Shown in pieces: positions 59,930-64,000 of a DNA stretch of 64,000 bases; positions within the stretch are counted from its first letter, which is position 1, and every line of letters begins with the position of its first letter. Location of the stretch: the IMG/VR virus record IMGVR_UViG_3300035698_029839, positions 233,711-297,710 of that record. One strand, written 5' to 3'. The translations under genes were made by a program, and so were the position numbers. Below the pieces are notes generated by a model. The model had not been told where the DNA came from. It was given only the letters and a program-made list of their open reading frames with translations, and made no database searches.

Positions 59930-60418
59930 ATGGTTAGAAAGAAAATATTTAAAGATTTATTTGATCGAGAAATAAAAGTTGAGGATATTGTTCTTAATGT
60001 TTGGGCAAATAATGAGAGTTATAGGATGCAAGGAGAAGGAGATCCAGGAGTTGTCCAATATAGGACAGCTAAAGTAATAAAATTCTGTCCTCAGAGTATT
60101 AGAATAGAATATATGCAAGGTAAAACCTTAAAAGATAGTAGTATCTATAATACTCATAATAGGATTATTGTCATGACAAAAAATAAAGAAATTGTTGATA
60201 CTTCCGATATAGACAAGGAAATGGAAATAAAAAACGCTGAAATAGAAGTGAGAAATAAAACAATAAAAAGATTAATGAAAGATTTAGGAACGAATGCCAA
60301 ATATAAAAAAGAAGCAGATGAAGAAATAGAAAATTATATAGAAAAAATAGAAGAGTTAGAAAGTACTATTGATAAGTTGATACAAGATTATAAAAGATTT
60401 AGTTTATTAGATTTATAA
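59930..60418 (+). CDS. coiled-coil protein, LLDL-tagged
   Basis: ends RFSLLDL. Confidence 0.75.
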   Translation: MVRKKIFKDLFDREIKVEDIVLNVWANNESYRMQGEGDPGVVQYRTAKVIKFCPQSIRIEYMQGKTLKDSSIYNTHNRIIVMTKNKEIVDTSDIDKEMEIKNAEIEVRNKTIKRLMKDLGTNAKYKKEADEEIENYIEKIEELESTIDKLIQDYKRFSLLDL

Positions 60419-60431
60419 GAACGGAGTTATT

Positions 60432-60977
60432 ATGGAAGAATACGCTTCAGAACAAGAACAAATAGATTATGAAAGGATTAAGGATGGTGACTATTTATTT
60501 TCTTTAGGTATAGATATTACTCCTCTTTTAGAAGAACTGCTTAAACAAGATACAGAAGGTTTAACTATAAGTCCATTAAAAGAAGGAGAAGAAATAGAAT
60601 ATGAAGGTAAATTAGAAGATTTGAGAGTTATGTGTAAAAATGAAGAAATGTCTTTATGTGCTATAAAATATGTTATTCCTCTTGATAACGAAAAAAGAGA
60701 GAATTATCATGTTTTGAGTCATTATATAGTAGTTTTAGTAAAAGAAATTGACATAGAAGATGAAAGTAGTTTAATGCATAAAATAAAATTTCAAGAACAA
60801 GTTCTTATTACTCTTAGGAAAATTACAGATTATTTTGAGATGGGAAGACCTCCATTATGTTTTTATTTATATTTCCCAGAAAATATAATTATTGATAATG
60901 ATGGTAATAAATTATGTAAGATTGAAGCACAAACGGAATGGGAGCATCACGAAGAATTTGGAGAACATAAAGATTAA
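60432..60977 (+). CDS. hypothetical acidic protein
   Basis: GGAG RBS; followed in frame by MLEILDL*. Confidence 0.75.
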   Translation: MEEYASEQEQIDYERIKDGDYLFSLGIDITPLLEELLKQDTEGLTISPLKEGEEIEYEGKLEDLRVMCKNEEMSLCAIKYVIPLDNEKRENYHVLSHYIVVLVKEIDIEDESSLMHKIKFQEQVLITLRKITDYFEMGRPPLCFYLYFPENIIIDNDGNKLCKIEAQTEWEHHEEFGEHKD

Positions 60978-61006
60978 ATGTTAGAGATATTAGATTTATG
61001 AATAGA

Positions 61007-62137
61007 TTATCTATATTCTATTTTACAAGCAGCAGAAATTCTTAATATATCCAAACCAGACAAATCATCATTAACTGAAAATCTTAATATATCATTATCT
61101 TCTGGTTTTAGAATTATAGGTTCTAGTATTGTGTTTCTTACTGACAACCATGTATTTGTTTTTCCTGCGCTTCCATGTGCAACTATTTCTGCTCCTGATA
61201 ATTGCAAGATGTCAGATAATTGTTGAGCAATTGCAGCAAAAGCAACTTCCCCATTTATTATTCTCTGGTATACTATTCCAGAGGCTGCTGATACCCCTAG
61301 AAAAGAATCGTATGGGATATAGGGCATTGTAGGAGAAGTTATGTTATCAACTCCTCCGTCTATTGTGCTGTCAAAGGTATTATTTGCCAAAAAATAAGAA
61401 AGTTCATGAACATGTACCCATGTTCCTAATTTAGGGGTAATATCAAAATTCCCAGATCCAGGGATGTTAGAAATTCCTTCAAACTGTATATCGTCCATAT
61501 AAAATTTAGGTAATTTGCCTTCTTCGTCAATAATTTCTACTCGTAAAGCATTTAAGGTTTCTCCTGTTAGTGCCATATCTTCTAATGGAATAGTTATTCG
61601 TTGCCAAACTTTGAAGATATTCCAACTAAAATAATCTTCTAAACCAACACTATTTCCTACCATTGTTCCTGCTCCTACGTCCCATCCATAAACTTCAATA
61701 CTATCTCCTGCTTTCCAGTCTTTATCTACATATATCCATATTATTAAAAATTGATAATTTGTTAAAATTAGATCAGAACCTTTAGCTATTTGCAAAGTAT
61801 CATTAAGGTCTCCATTATCATATTTTATACTTTGAGTTCCTCCTCCTGTATGATTTTGATCTGTGCTATCAATATCCCATTTTCTTCCACTAATTATAGA
61901 AGCGGTCCAATAAGAATTGTCTGTTCCATCATTAATATTTTCTGTATAATCAACAGTTCTTCCTATATTCATATCAATACCATATTCAGAACTGGTAAAG
62001 TATCGAATACTATTTTCATATTTTTTGAGTGGATGGGTTGCTACTACTAAACCATTATTGCTATCTTTATCATCATGAGTGATGACATGAGCATTTTTGT
62101 GATTTTTAGGATCTGTTATATAACTATCTATTCCCAT
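61007..62137 (-). CDS. putative virion protein with carbohydrate-binding-like beta domain
   Basis: G/T/D-rich, W..I.IPL.D..FY.DDIQF pattern. Confidence 0.6.
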   Translation of the reverse strand: MGIDSYITDPKNHKNAHVITHDDKDSNNGLVVATHPLKKYENSIRYFTSSEYGIDMNIGRTVDYTENINDGTDNSYWTASIISGRKWDIDSTDQNHTGGGTQSIKYDNGDLNDTLQIAKGSDLILTNYQFLIIWIYVDKDWKAGDSIEVYGWDVGAGTMVGNSVGLEDYFSWNIFKVWQRITIPLEDMALTGETLNALRVEIIDEEGKLPKFYMDDIQFEGISNIPGSGNFDITPKLGTWVHVHELSYFLANNTFDSTIDGGVDNITSPTMPYIPYDSFLGVSAASGIVYQRIINGEVAFAAIAQQLSDILQLSGAEIVAHGSAGKTNTWLSVRNTILEPIILKPEDNDILRFSVNDDLSGLDILRISAACKIEYR

Positions 62138-62139
62138 AA

Positions 62140-62727
62140 TTATCCTATTGAAGATGCGCTATGATAATTAAATATTAATGTTATATCTACTTCTGTTCCT
62201 GTTTGGGAGGTATATATAGTAATTATATTATTTTTTGGGACAATAATATCCTGATCAAAGTTAAAAGAATTTATATCATCAGAAGATCCGACATAAATTC
62301 TTTCAAGTTCAGTTCCTCCTGAAAGTCCTGTTATATTGTCTCCAGTTAAAAAAGTTCCTGTTGCAGTTTTACCACTTCCTAAATTTAAATTAGATGGAGT
62401 GGCTGCTATCCCTCCAATTGGAGTTCCTGTATCTTTTCCTTCTATTTTTATTATTTCTGATTGTCCAGTTCCTGCTAATCTATAATGTATTCCTTCAAGA
62501 ATCATGTCGGTATTATCAGTATTTTTTATATAACAAATACAAACATCTCCAGTATCAGCCGAAGGATCAGCATATGTGGGAGTTTGTTGAAGAATTAGAT
62601 TAAAAGCTAGTCCTTCTTCATGATTAACATGATGTTCTGTTGATGAAGTAATAGCTATTGTTTTTAACCTATTTTCAGTATTAACTCCAGCCGAAAATCC
62701 TGTCCCTTGGCCATCTTCAATTAGCAT
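62140..62727 (-). CDS. putative virion protein, IEDG.G.G family
   Basis: paralog of 63380 and 62759. Confidence 0.65.
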   Translation of the reverse strand: MLIEDGQGTGFSAGVNTENRLKTIAITSSTEHHVNHEEGLAFNLILQQTPTYADPSADTGDVCICYIKNTDNTDMILEGIHYRLAGTGQSEIIKIEGKDTGTPIGGIAATPSNLNLGSGKTATGTFLTGDNITGLSGGTELERIYVGSSDDINSFNFDQDIIVPKNNIITIYTSQTGTEVDITLIFNYHSASSIG

Positions 62728-62758
62728 TGTATTTTCTCCTTATTTTCTTTATATTTAA

Positions 62759-63366
62759 TTACTCTTCGAACCAGTCTATTGTTACTCTTGTTTTTGTCCC
62801 AGCGGATTCAGCCGATCCTTTAATCCCTATTGATTGATTTCTTCCTAAAATTATAGCATCATTAAAATTAACAGTAAAAGAATTAGATCCGCTTATTCTA
62901 ATAGTATATATACTATCTCCTCCAGAGATTATAAGAGGAGTTGTAACGTCATTATGTATACAAGTTGTTTCTGATGTTAAGGCAGATGTTGCATTCATAT
63001 TAGAAGGTATTTTTTCTTCTCCACCTGATAAGGTTGTTGGTTTTAACCATACTCCGAATTTTGTTAATCCAGTTAATGGCTCTTCTGTAGAAAAAGTCAT
63101 TCCATGTACATATAATTTATCATCTCCCGTATATGTTATATATCCCACTCCTTCTGTTGCTCCTCCTAAAAGTTGTGTTGCTGGTAAGTTTATAACAAAA
63201 GCTTTTTGCTCATCTTTTGAAACATAATAAATACGAGCATTAGATCTAGCACTAGTATCTAATCTATTAGTGTCAGTTACACCAGCTTTTTTCCCTGACC
63301 CCTTGCCATCTTCTATAACTGAAATAATACACCTTGCCTTTCTTTATACTTGAGAATGTATCCCAT
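62759..63366 (-). CDS. putative virion protein, IEDG.G.G family, frameshifted N-terminus
   Basis: RBS+ATG at 63366 stops at 63313; IEDGKGSGKKAG frame is open from about 63343 to 62759. Confidence 0.5.
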
Positions 63367-63379
63367 TTATTTTCTCCTA

Positions 63380-63967
63380 TTATTCACTTGCATATCCTAA
63401 TATATTAATAGATCCTTCTCCTGTTTCTTCTCCTTTTAAGTTTACCGATAATGTATCGTTTGTACCTAAAATAATACTGCCATCGGTATGATAATAAGCA
63501 GGAGCTTTACTATAGCACCAATAAAAAGCAGTGGTTCCTGGAGTATGTCCTATCATTCCATCACCAGCAGAATCGTCCCAATATAAAACAGTTAGATCTA
63601 TTGTATTTACTGAGGTTCTGTTTAAATTTCCTGCTCCTCCTATTATTATATTGGTATCTGGAACTGTATCTCCGAAAATTAATTCCCCAAAACAACATGT
63701 ATTATGACTGGCAGTTCCTCCGTTCCAGTTAAACCAAAGATCTGTAATAAAAAATTTTGAAGAAGAAGATGTATTTTTAATAAATAACATTCTTCCACCT
63801 GTTGTTGTTACTGTTAGCATAGGCGTAGAAATACCAAAAGCACTATCAAATTCATGACTTTTATGAGATAAGGTGCTTTCAGTAACCGCCTTTGTTAGTA
63901 AAAGATTATTTGCATCAATTTGAGCTTTCTTACCTGATCCCTTACCATCTTCTATTATAATTCCCAT
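63380..63967 (-). CDS. putative virion protein, IEDG.G.G family
   Basis: MGIIIEDGKGSGKKA. Confidence 0.65.
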   Translation of the reverse strand: MGIIIEDGKGSGKKAQIDANNLLLTKAVTESTLSHKSHEFDSAFGISTPMLTVTTTGGRMLFIKNTSSSSKFFITDLWFNWNGGTASHNTCCFGELIFGDTVPDTNIIIGGAGNLNRTSVNTIDLTVLYWDDSAGDGMIGHTPGTTAFYWCYSKAPAYYHTDGSIILGTNDTLSVNLKGEETGEGSINILGYASE

Positions 63968-64000
63968 ATTCTATTCCCTATTTAATCTTTATCTCTATAT

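Noticed and set aside
1-64000. Stop-codon reassignment
   Set aside because: Long recognisable genes are intact in the standard code, TAG and TGA end genes at sensible positions, and no canonical suppressor tRNA was found.

Overview
AT-rich, gene-dense segment of a large (jumbo-type) bacteriophage genome, standard genetic code, almost entirely + strand until about 61 kb. 1-8 kb: small hypothetical genes including a paralog family. 8.0-8.7 kb: regulatory locus upstream of a basic protein. 10.3 kb: RadA/Sms-like ATPase. 11.8-24.1 kb: an array of 34 canonical tRNA genes covering all 20 amino acids. It is preceded by an apparent ribosome-coupled attenuator whose 50-codon leader uses all 20 amino acids, and is interleaved with six endonuclease genes, csrA, six Y-RNA(YrlA)-like RNAs and several non-canonical tRNA-like RNAs. 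24-51 kb: cassette-like accessory genes (GHKL ATPase, SPFH, WGR-PARP, macrodomain, radical SAM, DUF2958). About 46 same-strand copies of TTCCAGACA(A/G) lie between 8.5 and 50.3 kb, usually abutting the previous gene's end. 52-61 kb: 15 mostly unrelated proteins sharing a C-terminal R-x-x-(I/L)-L-D-L tag, plus a CoaD-CoaE fusion. 61-64 kb: minus-strand putative virion proteins. All calls come from manual reading; no database searches or folding programs were run, so counts and coordinates may be off by a few.
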